Assembly (NCBI GenBank): GCA_964653805.1
Contig: CAZZFS010000006.1
Location: 5,352 to 69,351, forward strand
Reading direction: 5' to 3'
Source: an uncultured Clostridiaceae bacterium
GTDB lineage: Bacteria; Bacillota; Clostridia; TANB77; CAG-465
Length of the DNA: 64,000 bases
Shown: positions 45,752-55,959 of the stretch, piece by piece
Layout of the letters: every line of letters starts with the position of its first letter
Numbering within the stretch: the first letter of the stretch is position 1
Notes under the pieces: generated by a model
Databases searched by the model: none
What the model was told of the DNA's origin: nothing
Seen by the model: only the letters and a program-made list of their open reading frames with translations
Position numbers and translations under genes: made by a program

Positions 45752-47200
45752 TTATTCTTTTATTTTTGCATTTGAAATAAGTGTAGAAATATCTTTTTTA
45801 AAGCTTGAATATCCACTTAAAAATTCTTGTGCATATTCTTCTTCCATTTTTTTAAATAATAAATCACCTTGAATTTTAGCAGCTCCACAATTTATTGCCA
45901 TATCTAATTCATTTTGATTTTCTATTTTTACAACTATAACTTTATATTTCATATCAGTACCTATTTCTATTATATCTTTAAATATTTTTTTAGTAGATTC
46001 ATTTTCTAAATCTAAATATTTTGAAGATATTTTCATTTCATCTATAGGTAATTCACCAAATAATTTTATAGATTCTTGTTTTATTTCTAAGTTATTTACT
46101 ATAATTTCAACACCACAATGTTTTAATCTTTCAAACATTAATTTATATTCTTCTATTTTTTTGATTTCTATATTATCTGTAAGCTCTATTTTTAAAGCTC
46201 CTTTTTCTAGAGAATATTTATTTAATATAATACATAATTGATCAATAAAATCTTTTCTTGCACAATGTCTATTTGATATATTTATTGCCATTTTTACATT
46301 TTTAAATCCTTTTTGATTAAATCCTGTAAGAATTCTACAAACATTATCAAGTACATATTGATCTAATTTTATTGTTAAGCCCATTTCATCTGCTTGTTTT
46401 ATAAAATATTCTGAGTTTATTTTTCCAAGTGTAGGATGTTTCCAATAAAGTAATGCTTCAAAACAAACTTCATCTAAATCTTTTAAATTTATTCTAGGTT
46501 GCAAAGAAAATCCAAATTGTTGATTTTCATATGCTACTTTTAAGTCTTTTTCCATTTTTGTATTATTTTCAAGTTTTGCTTTTAACACTTTATTATGGAA
46601 ATAGTAATCATTTTTACCATGTTCTTTTATATGATACATTGCATCATCTGCATACATTATTAGATCTTGTCTATTAGTTCCATCTTCTGGATATACAGAT
46701 ATACCTAAACTATATTCAAGTGTTACTGTACTGTCTAATATTTGTATCGGAACAGATAATTCTTTTTTTAGATTATCAAGTACTATAGTTATATCTTCAG
46801 TTGTTTTTATTTTTTGAATTATTATTGCAAATTCATCTCCACCTAATCTATATGCTATAGCATTTTTAGGCAATTTATCTTTAAACACATTTGCAAGAGA
46901 GATTAATAGTTCATCTCCGGCGTCATGACCCATTGTGTCATTTATTTGTTTAAAACCATCTAAATCCATAAAACAAATCGCAAATTTATCTTTTTTCTTT
47001 AACAATTTATCTAAAGTAGCTAGGAATAAATGTCTATTCCCGCTACCTGTAAGTTGATCTGTAAAAGCTTGTTTTTTAACTTGAATTTGTAATTTTCTAC
47101 CTTTTGTCGTAAACAGTCTATACAATAAAGCACCTACTGAACCATATATAGCAAAATTAGCTAATATTTTTATTAATTGATTTAAAAATTCATTTTCCAT
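45752..47200 (-). CDS. GGDEF-EAL domain c-di-GMP turnover protein with N-terminal TM
   Basis: 482 aa. Motifs RLGGDEFAII (GGDEF) and FEALLYWKHP (EAL). Confidence 0.85.
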   Translation of the reverse strand: MENEFLNQLIKILANFAIYGSVGALLYRLFTTKGRKLQIQVKKQAFTDQLTGSGNRHLFLATLDKLLKKKDKFAICFMDLDGFKQINDTMGHDAGDELLISLANVFKDKLPKNAIAYRLGGDEFAIIIQKIKTTEDITIVLDNLKKELSVPIQILDSTVTLEYSLGISVYPEDGTNRQDLIMYADDAMYHIKEHGKNDYYFHNKVLKAKLENNTKMEKDLKVAYENQQFGFSLQPRINLKDLDEVCFEALLYWKHPTLGKINSEYFIKQADEMGLTIKLDQYVLDNVCRILTGFNQKGFKNVKMAINISNRHCARKDFIDQLCIILNKYSLEKGALKIELTDNIEIKKIEEYKLMFERLKHCGVEIIVNNLEIKQESIKLFGELPIDEMKISSKYLDLENESTKKIFKDIIEIGTDMKYKVIVVKIENQNELDMAINCGAAKIQGDLLFKKMEEEYAQEFLSGYSSFKKDISTLISNAKIKE

Positions 47201-47239
47201 ACTCGATATATCACACCTCTTTTTTCTTTTGATTATTTT

Positions 47240-49660
47240 TTATCCAATTACAATATTTACAATTTTTGATTTTATAACAATTATTTTTTTTATTTCTTTA
47301 TCAATCATGTATTTTGTTAATCTTTCATCTTCTTTAGCAAGTTTTTCGATATCTTCTGGTAAAGTATCTGCAGCAACTTCAATTTTATATCTAAGTACTC
47401 CATTAACTTGTACAGGTATTTCAATTATATCTGTTAATATTTTTGTTTCATCAAATTCTGGCCAAACAGATGAATATATATTACCTTCAAATCCAAAACT
47501 CTCCCATAATTCTTCTGTAACATGTGGTGCTACAGGATTTAATAATTGAAGTAATGGTTTAATATATTTTTTACTTACTTTTTCTTCTTTATATAATAAA
47601 TTAACATATGACATCATTGCTGCTATTGCAGTATTAAATTTCATTTCATCAAAATCACTAGATACTTTTTTTATTGTGATATTTATAGCTCTTTCTAATT
47701 CTTTAGAATCTATGTTTTCATCAACTATTCTCTCTTCTATTCTAACTAATCTGTCTAAGAATTTTTTAACGCCTTTTACGCCATTTTCAGACCATGCAGC
47801 AGGTAATGAATACTCTCCAATAAACAATACGTAAGTTCTTAAAGTATCCGCACCAAATTCTTTTACAATTTCATCTGGATTTACAACATTACCTTTTGAC
47901 TTAGACATCTTATTTCCATCTGGACCAAGTATTAATCCTTGCGCTGTTCTTTTTGCATAAGGTTCTTTTGTTGGAACTACTCCAATATCATACAAAAATC
48001 TATGCCAAAATCTAGAATAGATTAAGTGACGTGTAACATGTTCCATACCACCATTATACCAATTTACTGGTAACCAATAATCAAGCATTTCTTTACTTGC
48101 GATTTCATCATTATTTTTTGGATCGATATATCTTAAATAGTACCAACTAGATCCTGCCCATTGTGGCATAGTATCAGTTTCTCTTTGAGCATGACCTCCA
48201 CATTTTGGACAAGTTGTATTTACCCAAGACTCAACCTTTGCAAGCGGAGATCTTCCATCTTCACCTGGAACAAAATCATCTACTTCAGGTAAAGTAAGTG
48301 GTAAATCTTTTTCAGCCATAGGTACTAATCCACATTTTTCACATTTTATAATTGGAATTGGTTCTCCCCAATATCTTTGTCTTGCAAAAGCCCAATCTTT
48401 CATATGATAATTTGTTTTTTTATTACCAATTTTATTTTCTTCAAAAAATTCTATTGCTTTTTGTTTTGCTTCTTCTACTTTTAAATCATTTAAAAATCCT
48501 GAATTTACACAAACACCATTTGCTATATCTGTAATTGGCATTTCAAAAACTTCATCTTCAGTTTTTGATAATGGTTTAATTACTTGTTTTATTTCAATAT
48601 TAAATTTTTTAGCAAATTCAAAATCTCTTGTATCATGTGCAGGCACTGCCATTATAGCTCCTGTACCATAACCCATCATAACATAATCTGTAACCCATAA
48701 TGGAATTATTTCACCATTTATTGGATTTACAACATTTATTCCATCTACTCTAACACCAGTTTTATCTTTTGCTATTTCAACTCTTTCAAATTCAGTCTTT
48801 TTCTTTGCTTCTTCTTTATATGAATCAATTTCTTCATTGTTTTTTATTATATCTCTATATTTTTGAAGCAATGGATGTTCAGGAGCTATTGCCATATATG
48901 TAACTCCAAATATAGTATCGGCTCTTGTTGTATATACAGTTAATTTATCATCAATACTTTCAAGTTTAAAATCTACTTCTACACCATAAGATCTACCAAT
49001 CCAATTTTCTTGTTCTGCTCTAACTCTAGGTGTAAAATCAACTTCATTTAATCCATCAAGTAATTTATCAGCATAATCAGTGATTTTTAGCATCCAAACT
49101 TCTTTTTCAAGTTGTTCTATTTGACTATCACATCTATCACATTTACCACCTTGTGATTCTTCATTAGCAAGAATTACTCTACAATTTGGACAATAATTTA
49201 CATATGTTTTATCTTTATATGCAAGACCTTTTTCAAATAATTTTAAAAATATCCATTGTGTCCATTTAAAATAGTTTGGATCTGTTGTATCTACTACTCT
49301 ATCCCAATCAAAAGAAATACCAATTGATTTTAATTGTTTTGTAAATATTTCAATATTTGTATCTGTAACTTGTCTTGGATGAATACCTGTTTTCATAGCA
49401 TAATTTTCTGTTGGAAGTCCAAAAGCATCAAAACCAATAGGATACATTACATTATATCCTTCTAATCTTTTTTTTCTAGATATAACTTCCATTCCCATAA
49501 ATGCTCTTGCATGACCAACGTGAAGCCCTGCTCCAGATGGATATGGAAATTCAATTAAAGAATAAAATTTCTTTTTATTTTTTGTATCATTTTGAGCAGA
49601 AAAACATTTATTTTCTTCCCATTTTTTTTGCCATTTTTTATCTATATCTTTATTGTACAT
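47240..49660 (-). CDS. leuS: Leucine--tRNA ligase
   Basis: 806 aa. HIGH-type motif GLHVGHARAF, KMSKS present (NKMSKSKGN), zinc-finger-like CPNC/CDRC in CP1. Confidence 0.95.
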   Translation of the reverse strand: MYNKDIDKKWQKKWEENKCFSAQNDTKNKKKFYSLIEFPYPSGAGLHVGHARAFMGMEVISRKKRLEGYNVMYPIGFDAFGLPTENYAMKTGIHPRQVTDTNIEIFTKQLKSIGISFDWDRVVDTTDPNYFKWTQWIFLKLFEKGLAYKDKTYVNYCPNCRVILANEESQGGKCDRCDSQIEQLEKEVWMLKITDYADKLLDGLNEVDFTPRVRAEQENWIGRSYGVEVDFKLESIDDKLTVYTTRADTIFGVTYMAIAPEHPLLQKYRDIIKNNEEIDSYKEEAKKKTEFERVEIAKDKTGVRVDGINVVNPINGEIIPLWVTDYVMMGYGTGAIMAVPAHDTRDFEFAKKFNIEIKQVIKPLSKTEDEVFEMPITDIANGVCVNSGFLNDLKVEEAKQKAIEFFEENKIGNKKTNYHMKDWAFARQRYWGEPIPIIKCEKCGLVPMAEKDLPLTLPEVDDFVPGEDGRSPLAKVESWVNTTCPKCGGHAQRETDTMPQWAGSSWYYLRYIDPKNNDEIASKEMLDYWLPVNWYNGGMEHVTRHLIYSRFWHRFLYDIGVVPTKEPYAKRTAQGLILGPDGNKMSKSKGNVVNPDEIVKEFGADTLRTYVLFIGEYSLPAAWSENGVKGVKKFLDRLVRIEERIVDENIDSKELERAINITIKKVSSDFDEMKFNTAIAAMMSYVNLLYKEEKVSKKYIKPLLQLLNPVAPHVTEELWESFGFEGNIYSSVWPEFDETKILTDIIEIPVQVNGVLRYKIEVAADTLPEDIEKLAKEDERLTKYMIDKEIKKIIVIKSKIVNIVIG

Positions 49661-49757
49661 CTTTTAACAACTCCTTATTGCTTAATTATTTTATTTTAAG
49701 TTTTTATATATCATTTTATATATATACACTGTATATATTTTATTTAATATTAAATAT

Positions 49758-50891
49758 TTACTTTGATAATACATATTTTTCATACTGACTTTGTATAAAA
49801 CTATCAGTCATTCCAGCTAAATAATCTATTATCATTTGTTCTTTTTTAGTATTTGAAATATAACTATCTTTCATATTTTTTAGAAACACTTCATATATAT
49901 CATTAGTATAATCTTCTTTTTCTAATGCTTCAAAATATATATCATATAATTTATTGAAATAATCTGTATATAATATACCTTCTTCTTTAGTTATTGCTTT
50001 ACTATATATATTAGCATAATTAAATTCTTTTAATTTTAACACTTGTTCATATACTCTATCTGACATACTAATATATGATTTACCGTAACTTTGTTCAATT
50101 ATATCTAAAATTATATTATTCATTATTTTATCATTACTTGTTCCAAGTACTTCTTGTATAGAGATAGGTATTGTATTTTTATCAAAAACATCAAGTCTAA
50201 CTGCATCTTCTATATCTTTACCAATATATCCAATAATATCTGATATTCTAACAACACAACCTTCCATTGTCATAGGAATAAGATTTTTTATAAATTTATT
50301 ATTATTTACACAGAGCTCATATTCTTTTTTAAATATTTCTATATCTTTTGCCATAGGAGAATAATTTGATTGAACCATTTCTCCATTATGACACATTATC
50401 CCATCTAAAACTTGTATTGTTAAATTTACACCTTCACCTTTTTTTTCTAATTCTTTAAATACTCTTACACTATTTAAATTATGTGCAAACTCTTTACCTA
50501 ATTTTTCTTTTGATAATTTAGATAAAATATCTTCACCAGCATGTCCAAACGGAGTATGTCCAACATCATGCCCAAGAGCAATTGCTTCACACAAATCTTC
50601 ATTTAAAGATAGCGCTCTTGCAATTGTTCTAGCAGCTCTACTTACAAATTGAACATGTGTCATTCTAGTTGAAATATGATCATTTTTTGAATTTGTATAT
50701 ACTTGAGTTTTATTTATATATCTAGTATATGCCATAGAATGTATAATCTTATCTGCGTCCCTTTCAAAAGGAGTTCTAATATCATCTTTTTCTTCTTTAA
50801 ACCTTATAGCATCAATTGATTTACATGCATATTCACTAAAATTTTTCTCTTGTTTTAAAAACTCTTGCTTTATTTTACTATAATTCTCCAA
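49758..50891 (-). CDS. dGTP triphosphohydrolase-like HD-domain protein
   Basis: 377 aa. Motifs TRMTHVQFVSRAARTIARAL and LGHDVGHTPFGHAGE. Confidence 0.82.
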   Translation of the reverse strand: MENYSKIKQEFLKQEKNFSEYACKSIDAIRFKEEKDDIRTPFERDADKIIHSMAYTRYINKTQVYTNSKNDHISTRMTHVQFVSRAARTIARALSLNEDLCEAIALGHDVGHTPFGHAGEDILSKLSKEKLGKEFAHNLNSVRVFKELEKKGEGVNLTIQVLDGIMCHNGEMVQSNYSPMAKDIEIFKKEYELCVNNNKFIKNLIPMTMEGCVVRISDIIGYIGKDIEDAVRLDVFDKNTIPISIQEVLGTSNDKIMNNIILDIIEQSYGKSYISMSDRVYEQVLKLKEFNYANIYSKAITKEEGILYTDYFNKLYDIYFEALEKEDYTNDIYEVFLKNMKDSYISNTKKEQMIIDYLAGMTDSFIQSQYEKYVLSK

Positions 50892-50952
50892 GATTATTCC
50901 TCCTTAAAAAAGTTTATATCAAAATTGTTTATTATTTATTATTTATTATTTA

Positions 50953-51837
50953 TTATAAAAACATATTTATTCCGCCCTCAATACAAGTAACATCAAGTGG
51001 GAAATTCGGACCTTCATCTCCATCTACATCTGGATTATCACATTTACCTTTTATTTTCGTTATTTTAATATCTTTTTCTTTTAAATATATTATATTTTTA
51101 TCATCTAAATGAGTACCCGCTAAAATTTTACCCATTAGAAAACTTGCTTCTGCTATATTACATTTTTTTATTATTATTAAATCTAATAATCCATCTTGTA
51201 CACTTGATTCTTTTGCAAATTTATCAAGTCCACCAGCGCTACTACCATTAAATATTAAAAACAAGTTTATTTTTTCTATTATAGTTCTATCTTTAGTTTC
51301 AACTTTAACTTGAAATGGTCTAAATCTATATAACTGATGTGCTGCTGTAATTATATATGAAAGCTTACCAACAGCGTTTTTTAAATTAGTATCTGCTTTT
51401 TGCGAAGCATTTGTAAATAATCCTGCTGAACATACATTAATAAAATATTTATCATTAGCTTTACCAACATCAACTTTTTGAATATTTCCAGCTAAAATTT
51501 TACTTATGCATTCCGAAAAATTATTCGGCATTTTTATATGTCTTGCAAAATCATTAGAAGTACCAGCTGGTATTATTCCAAGAGTTGTTTTAATATTATT
51601 TTGCATCATAATATTTACAACTCTATTTATTGTACCATCTCCACCTGCTACAACTATTGCATACACATCATCTTTATCTATATCTTTTAAAAATTCATAC
51701 AAATTAGTATTTTCACCTGCTCTAAAAACAGTAACTTCTATATCACTTTGCATAAATTTTTCAATTATACTATCTAAAAAATATTGGAACTTACTTTGAC
51801 CAGCTCCTGAGTTATATATTAATTTTATTTTTCTCAT
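50953..51837 (-). CDS. Diacylglycerol kinase-family lipid kinase (second paralog)
   Basis: Start at ATG 51837 (GGGTGG SD). Motifs NSGAGQ and VAGGDGTINRV. Confidence 0.8.
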   Translation of the reverse strand: MRKIKLIYNSGAGQSKFQYFLDSIIEKFMQSDIEVTVFRAGENTNLYEFLKDIDKDDVYAIVVAGGDGTINRVVNIMMQNNIKTTLGIIPAGTSNDFARHIKMPNNFSECISKILAGNIQKVDVGKANDKYFINVCSAGLFTNASQKADTNLKNAVGKLSYIITAAHQLYRFRPFQVKVETKDRTIIEKINLFLIFNGSSAGGLDKFAKESSVQDGLLDLIIIKKCNIAEASFLMGKILAGTHLDDKNIIYLKEKDIKITKIKGKCDNPDVDGDEGPNFPLDVTCIEGGINMFL

Positions 51838-52040
51838 ATTAACCACCCTTCAAGGCAAAAACTTTTTAGCATAAAACCTATATTTTATATACATTTTATC
51901 TCTTCTATTATATTATATAAAGTATTAAAATTCAAGAAAATACACGAAAAACATTATAAAATAAAACAAAATAAGTTAAAAATAAAAACATAGTTTACTA
52001 TACAGCAAAACTATGTTTTTATTTTAATATTTATATATTT

Positions 52041-53180
52041 TTATGTTCTAACCATTTTATTATTTTGATTAGTATTTTTCACTTCTTCTGTTTTATCAAC
52101 AAAAAATTCTTTTACTTTTCTTTTTGATATTTGTGACATAAAATTAGTATCCAAATTATACAAATATACTCCCATTTCATTTTTAACTTTATAATAACAA
52201 GTATTATCAACATTTTGTAAGATTTCTACTTGAACATACATAACTTTATTTTTTTCTTTATTTGAAAGATTTATTTTCCATAAAGTATCACTATCTTCTA
52301 CATTTATATAATAAAGTTCACCGTTATTAACAAACATATTTTTTGAACCATCAATTTCTTTTATTTCACCTTTATCAGAAACACTAGAAATATCAGCTAA
52401 TTTGTCTTCATTGCTACCATCTTTCCCAACTTTATATATTCTATTATTATCATTTTTATTAACGTAATATATAGATTTATCATCTTGTATTACATATGAA
52501 ACATTTGAATTTTTAGTTAAAGCTAATTCATTTTGACCTTCTTTATCATATTTAAATACTGATTTTTGAGTTTTTTGATCTTTTACAACAAAAATATTGT
52601 TCGCATCTACTAAAACTTCAGATACACTATTCATAGCCAAATCTTTCATTTCTTTATTTTCTAAATTAATATATCTTAATTTAAGATCAGATTCACAAAT
52701 ATAATATAACCTATTATTATCTAATTTATATTTACTAACATCTTTTTCAACTAAAACTTCAAGTTCATTACTTTTTTTTGAAATTCTACATAAACTTCCT
52801 TGTTTTATACCAAATATATAGTCTTTATTTGCTTGAATATCAATAAGACCACTATTTTGATATACTGTTTTATCGTTAAATCCATTTGAATTTATACTAC
52901 TTATTGAATATACTGGATCATAAGCATACCCTGCAACAACATAATATATATTATATACACCCTGTGCATTAACTCCCTCACCTGCTGTATATTTATAGTT
53001 ATTATTTCTGTTATACACATAAAATTGAGTAAAAACATATATACAAAGAAGTACTATAACACTAAGCATTATATATGTTATTTTACTTCTTTTTCTCAAG
53101 CTTTTTGCCTGTTTTTTCTTTCTTTTTAAATATTCTTTAATAGTTAATTTTTCATCAGGATTCAAATGTAATCTTTGCAT
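52041..53180 (-). CDS. Membrane-anchored DUF5050-like beta-propeller protein
   Basis: 379 aa. N-terminal TM, repeated --IYYVN---N-IYK----GS---KL blades. Confidence 0.6.
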   Translation of the reverse strand: MQRLHLNPDEKLTIKEYLKRKKKQAKSLRKRSKITYIMLSVIVLLCIYVFTQFYVYNRNNNYKYTAGEGVNAQGVYNIYYVVAGYAYDPVYSISSINSNGFNDKTVYQNSGLIDIQANKDYIFGIKQGSLCRISKKSNELEVLVEKDVSKYKLDNNRLYYICESDLKLRYINLENKEMKDLAMNSVSEVLVDANNIFVVKDQKTQKSVFKYDKEGQNELALTKNSNVSYVIQDDKSIYYVNKNDNNRIYKVGKDGSNEDKLADISSVSDKGEIKEIDGSKNMFVNNGELYYINVEDSDTLWKINLSNKEKNKVMYVQVEILQNVDNTCYYKVKNEMGVYLYNLDTNFMSQISKRKVKEFFVDKTEEVKNTNQNNKMVRT

Positions 53181-53411
53181 AATTACTAACCCTCTTTCTT
53201 TTGTAATTTACAATAACATTATATAACACTTTTGTTTGTTTGTAAATAAATTTACTTCATTTTATAAATATTATTTTTTATTCATTTAAAACAAAATAAA
53301 AACTATATAACTTTATATAATTTAACATTATATCATTACATAGTTTTTATTATTAAATTTAATCTTTTATTATATATACAAAAATCAAAATAAATATTCC
53401 ATATATTAATA

Positions 53412-55433
53412 TTAAATACAGAAACAAAACACAAGAACAACATCCGTAGCACTTGCAGAAACACCACCTGTACACTGATAATAATCACTGTAATGACGTA
53501 AAAACAAATCTGAACGACCATAATCTCGTGTATCTGGAGATCGTAACCACCAGAAAGACATTATTGGTGCCCCTGCATATGGGTAAATAATTCTATTTTG
53601 TGGTATTTCAAAAAACTTATACAAAGTACCCTCACCAGCCTCTGTATAATAACGAAAATCAAAAACTTCAACCTCTGATAATAAAAATACTGAATCACTT
53701 GTAGTAGCCATACTATTAACGCCCCAACCTCCAGTGTTTGCTGTTTTATAAACAGGTACAATTGATGTTTTAAGATCTGACGGGAATTGATTTAATAATT
53801 CACCGTTTGTATATACGCGCATTGCACTATCACGCCAACCACCATTAGCTAAAGCAATTGGATTCATCTGCTTATTAATACCAACACTATATTTAGTGCA
53901 AAAAGTAATACCTGCAAGCCCCGTACCGTTTGATTTTGTATCATGATTAAAACCAATAATTTGCATAGTTATCGTATGACCAGTTACTGTTGTAGTAAAA
54001 GTTTTAGTGTCTCCAACATTAAAATAATCATCTGCTTTTCCAGATTCTGAAATCTGTTTTATTTCAGACCATGTATATGTTGAAAGAGCATTTCCAATAA
54101 CAGGAAAACTTTTAACTATTATTGCAGAAGATATATTAACTACTTTATTTCCTGCATTATCTGTTGATAATACTTGTACATAATATGTCCCATCTGCTTT
54201 TGTTTCAGATATCGTCTTAGATGTCACACCCATTACTGTTGCACTATTCCACGCTACATCTGACACTCCATATATAGTACTTTGTGTTGTTACTAAATAT
54301 TTTGACTGGCTTACATTTATTCCACTTCCACTATCTACTATTGTTATTGTTCCATTTATTTTATCTGCTGTTGTTGTTAAACTCATTGTTGCATTTTGTG
54401 GAGCTGTTTTATCTATATTATTTATTATTTGTGTTGCTTGACTTGATACATTATTTGCTGAGTCTGTTTCTCTTGCATATACTGTTAAATTACTTGTTAC
54501 TGTTAAATCTGTTGTATATGTTATCCATGTTGTTCCATTTGTACTATATTCTAATGTATCTGATGCACTTGCCTTTGTTATTGTAACAGTTACATTTCCA
54601 CTTGTTGCTGTTGTTGGAGTAGCATTTATCGTTGGCATATTTGGTGCTGTATTATCTATTTCAAATGTTTGTGTTGCTATAGATTCTATATTACCTTGAC
54701 TTGCTGTTTTTACTGCTTCTCCTAATATTTTAATTTTGTATATTCCTTCTGCCATTCCTGTTGTATTTATTGTTATTGTAGCTGTTTTTTCTGTTGTTGT
54801 TCCTGTTACACTTCCAACATTTATAATTGGTTGTGTTCCAATTTCTACACCTGAATTATTTAATATTTTTATATTCCCACTTAAATTTGTTGTTGTTATT
54901 TCTACACTTGCATTCATTGTAACGTTATATATTACTGATGTTCCAGCCTTTACTGGTAATACGTTTGATGTTGACATTTCAACTGTAGGTTTAGCTGCTT
55001 CTGATACAATACCAGCATCATTTTGTGCCCAATCGCCTTTTTCTGGATTTGTTCCTGTATATTTTAATTCACCATCTTCTATTTCAAATTCATTTAAATA
55101 CTTTTGTTTACCTTCTAAACTTTTAATTATATAATATATATTGTTTTGTCCACTAACAGATGCACCATTATATGTTAATCCACTTGATGTTGCATCAAGT
55201 AAAGTTGGATCATATTCTCCCATACGTTTTGCATATTCATTAGTTTTATACATATTTAACTCATCTTTAAATGTTGCTACATCATTTAAAAATGTTGCTT
55301 TTCTTGCTTGTAATATTGGATTATTTCCTGTTAAGGTTAATATTATTGCTGCTGCTAATATAATAATCACTATTATTGTTATTACAAGTACTATTAACGA
55401 TACACCTTTTTTATTTTCTTTTGTTTTATACAT
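53412..55433 (-). CDS. Large surface protein: pilin-like N-terminal hydrophobic segment, Ig/CHB_HEX_C-like repeats, C-terminal DUF6273-like domain
   Basis: 673 aa. N-terminus KKGVSLIVLVITIIVIIILAAAII. Repeat VTVTITKASASDTLEYSTNGTTWITYTTDLTVTSNLTVYARETDSANNVS. C-terminal WWLRSP...VFCFCI. Confidence 0.65.
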   Translation of the reverse strand: MYKTKENKKGVSLIVLVITIIVIIILAAAIILTLTGNNPILQARKATFLNDVATFKDELNMYKTNEYAKRMGEYDPTLLDATSSGLTYNGASVSGQNNIYYIIKSLEGKQKYLNEFEIEDGELKYTGTNPEKGDWAQNDAGIVSEAAKPTVEMSTSNVLPVKAGTSVIYNVTMNASVEITTTNLSGNIKILNNSGVEIGTQPIINVGSVTGTTTEKTATITINTTGMAEGIYKIKILGEAVKTASQGNIESIATQTFEIDNTAPNMPTINATPTTATSGNVTVTITKASASDTLEYSTNGTTWITYTTDLTVTSNLTVYARETDSANNVSSQATQIINNIDKTAPQNATMSLTTTADKINGTITIVDSGSGINVSQSKYLVTTQSTIYGVSDVAWNSATVMGVTSKTISETKADGTYYVQVLSTDNAGNKVVNISSAIIVKSFPVIGNALSTYTWSEIKQISESGKADDYFNVGDTKTFTTTVTGHTITMQIIGFNHDTKSNGTGLAGITFCTKYSVGINKQMNPIALANGGWRDSAMRVYTNGELLNQFPSDLKTSIVPVYKTANTGGWGVNSMATTSDSVFLLSEVEVFDFRYYTEAGEGTLYKFFEIPQNRIIYPYAGAPIMSFWWLRSPDTRDYGRSDLFLRHYSDYYQCTGGVSASATDVVLVFCFCI

Positions 55434-55499
55434 AAAATCACTACCCCTTATTTATATTTGTATTATATTATATGTATAAACTTTTTTCAACAATTTAAT

Positions 55500-55549
55500 C
55501 AAAAAAATACCCTTATGAATAAGACATTTTCTAACGTCTTATTCATAGG
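55500..55549 (-). terminator. Terminator of 55589..55834
   Basis: 14-15-bp stem CCTTATGAATAAGAC/GTCTTATTCATAGG (1-nt bulge). T7 run on the minus strand. Confidence 0.75.
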
Positions 55550-55588
55550 ATATTTTCCTGATAATTTATAAAATTCCGAATATCTTTA

Positions 55589-55834
55589 TCACTTCGATCT
55601 TTCACAATAATCAAAATAGGATATTTCTAGCAAAGCGTTTATATCTTCTTTTGAATAAACCTTTCCATGAGCACATTTAAATCGCCACCCATTGCCAACA
55701 AATACAGTCCCAGCTAATTCTTTTTTCTCTTTTACTTCATACTCTCCTTTTTCTAAGCAATATATTTTAAATTGCTTATATTTTGCAACAAACCTTTTTC
55801 TATTTTTTAAAAATTCTTTAAAAAAAGTAATCAC
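55589..55834 (-). CDS. Hypothetical small protein (81 aa)
   Basis: AAAGGAGAA, 5 nt, GTG start. GC-richer codons (GGC AAT GGG TGG CGA). Own terminator. Confidence 0.5.
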   Translation of the reverse strand: MITFFKEFLKNRKRFVAKYKQFKIYCLEKGEYEVKEKKELAGTVFVGNGWRFKCAHGKVYSKEDINALLEISYFDYCERSK

Positions 55835-55959
55835 AAAAATTCTCCTTTCATACAGTTGTATTTTTAAATCAATTTATATATATACCCATTATACTACGCA
55901 ATACTTTTTATGTCAACATTCTATAACTATTGTTAATTTAATAGTTATTATTTTAAAAT

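Noticed and set aside
49661-49757. Possible T-box leader upstream of leuS
   Set aside because: The gap to the upstream dGTPase-like gene is only about 97 nt, too short for a T-box. I see no T-box 14-mer or terminator/antiterminator pair, so leuS is probably co-transcribed.
54284-55479. Three plus-strand ORFs (100, 132 and 112 aa) rich in Leu/Phe/Ile/Val
   Set aside because: They lie antisense inside the 673-aa surface-protein gene, have low-complexity hydrophobic composition typical of the reverse strand of AT-rich genes, and have no SD. The same reasoning rejects 4667..5026, 12676..12903, 13867..14076, 15346..16053, 18605..19024, 20049..20312, 21631..21828, 22666..22947, 23822..24043, 24174..24416, 24545..24847, 28673..28909, 29310..29780, 35292..35498, 37028..37249, 44496..44693, 47229..47549, 48352..48534, 49501..49788, 51506..51799, 57049..57507, 58370..58621 and 63640..63846.
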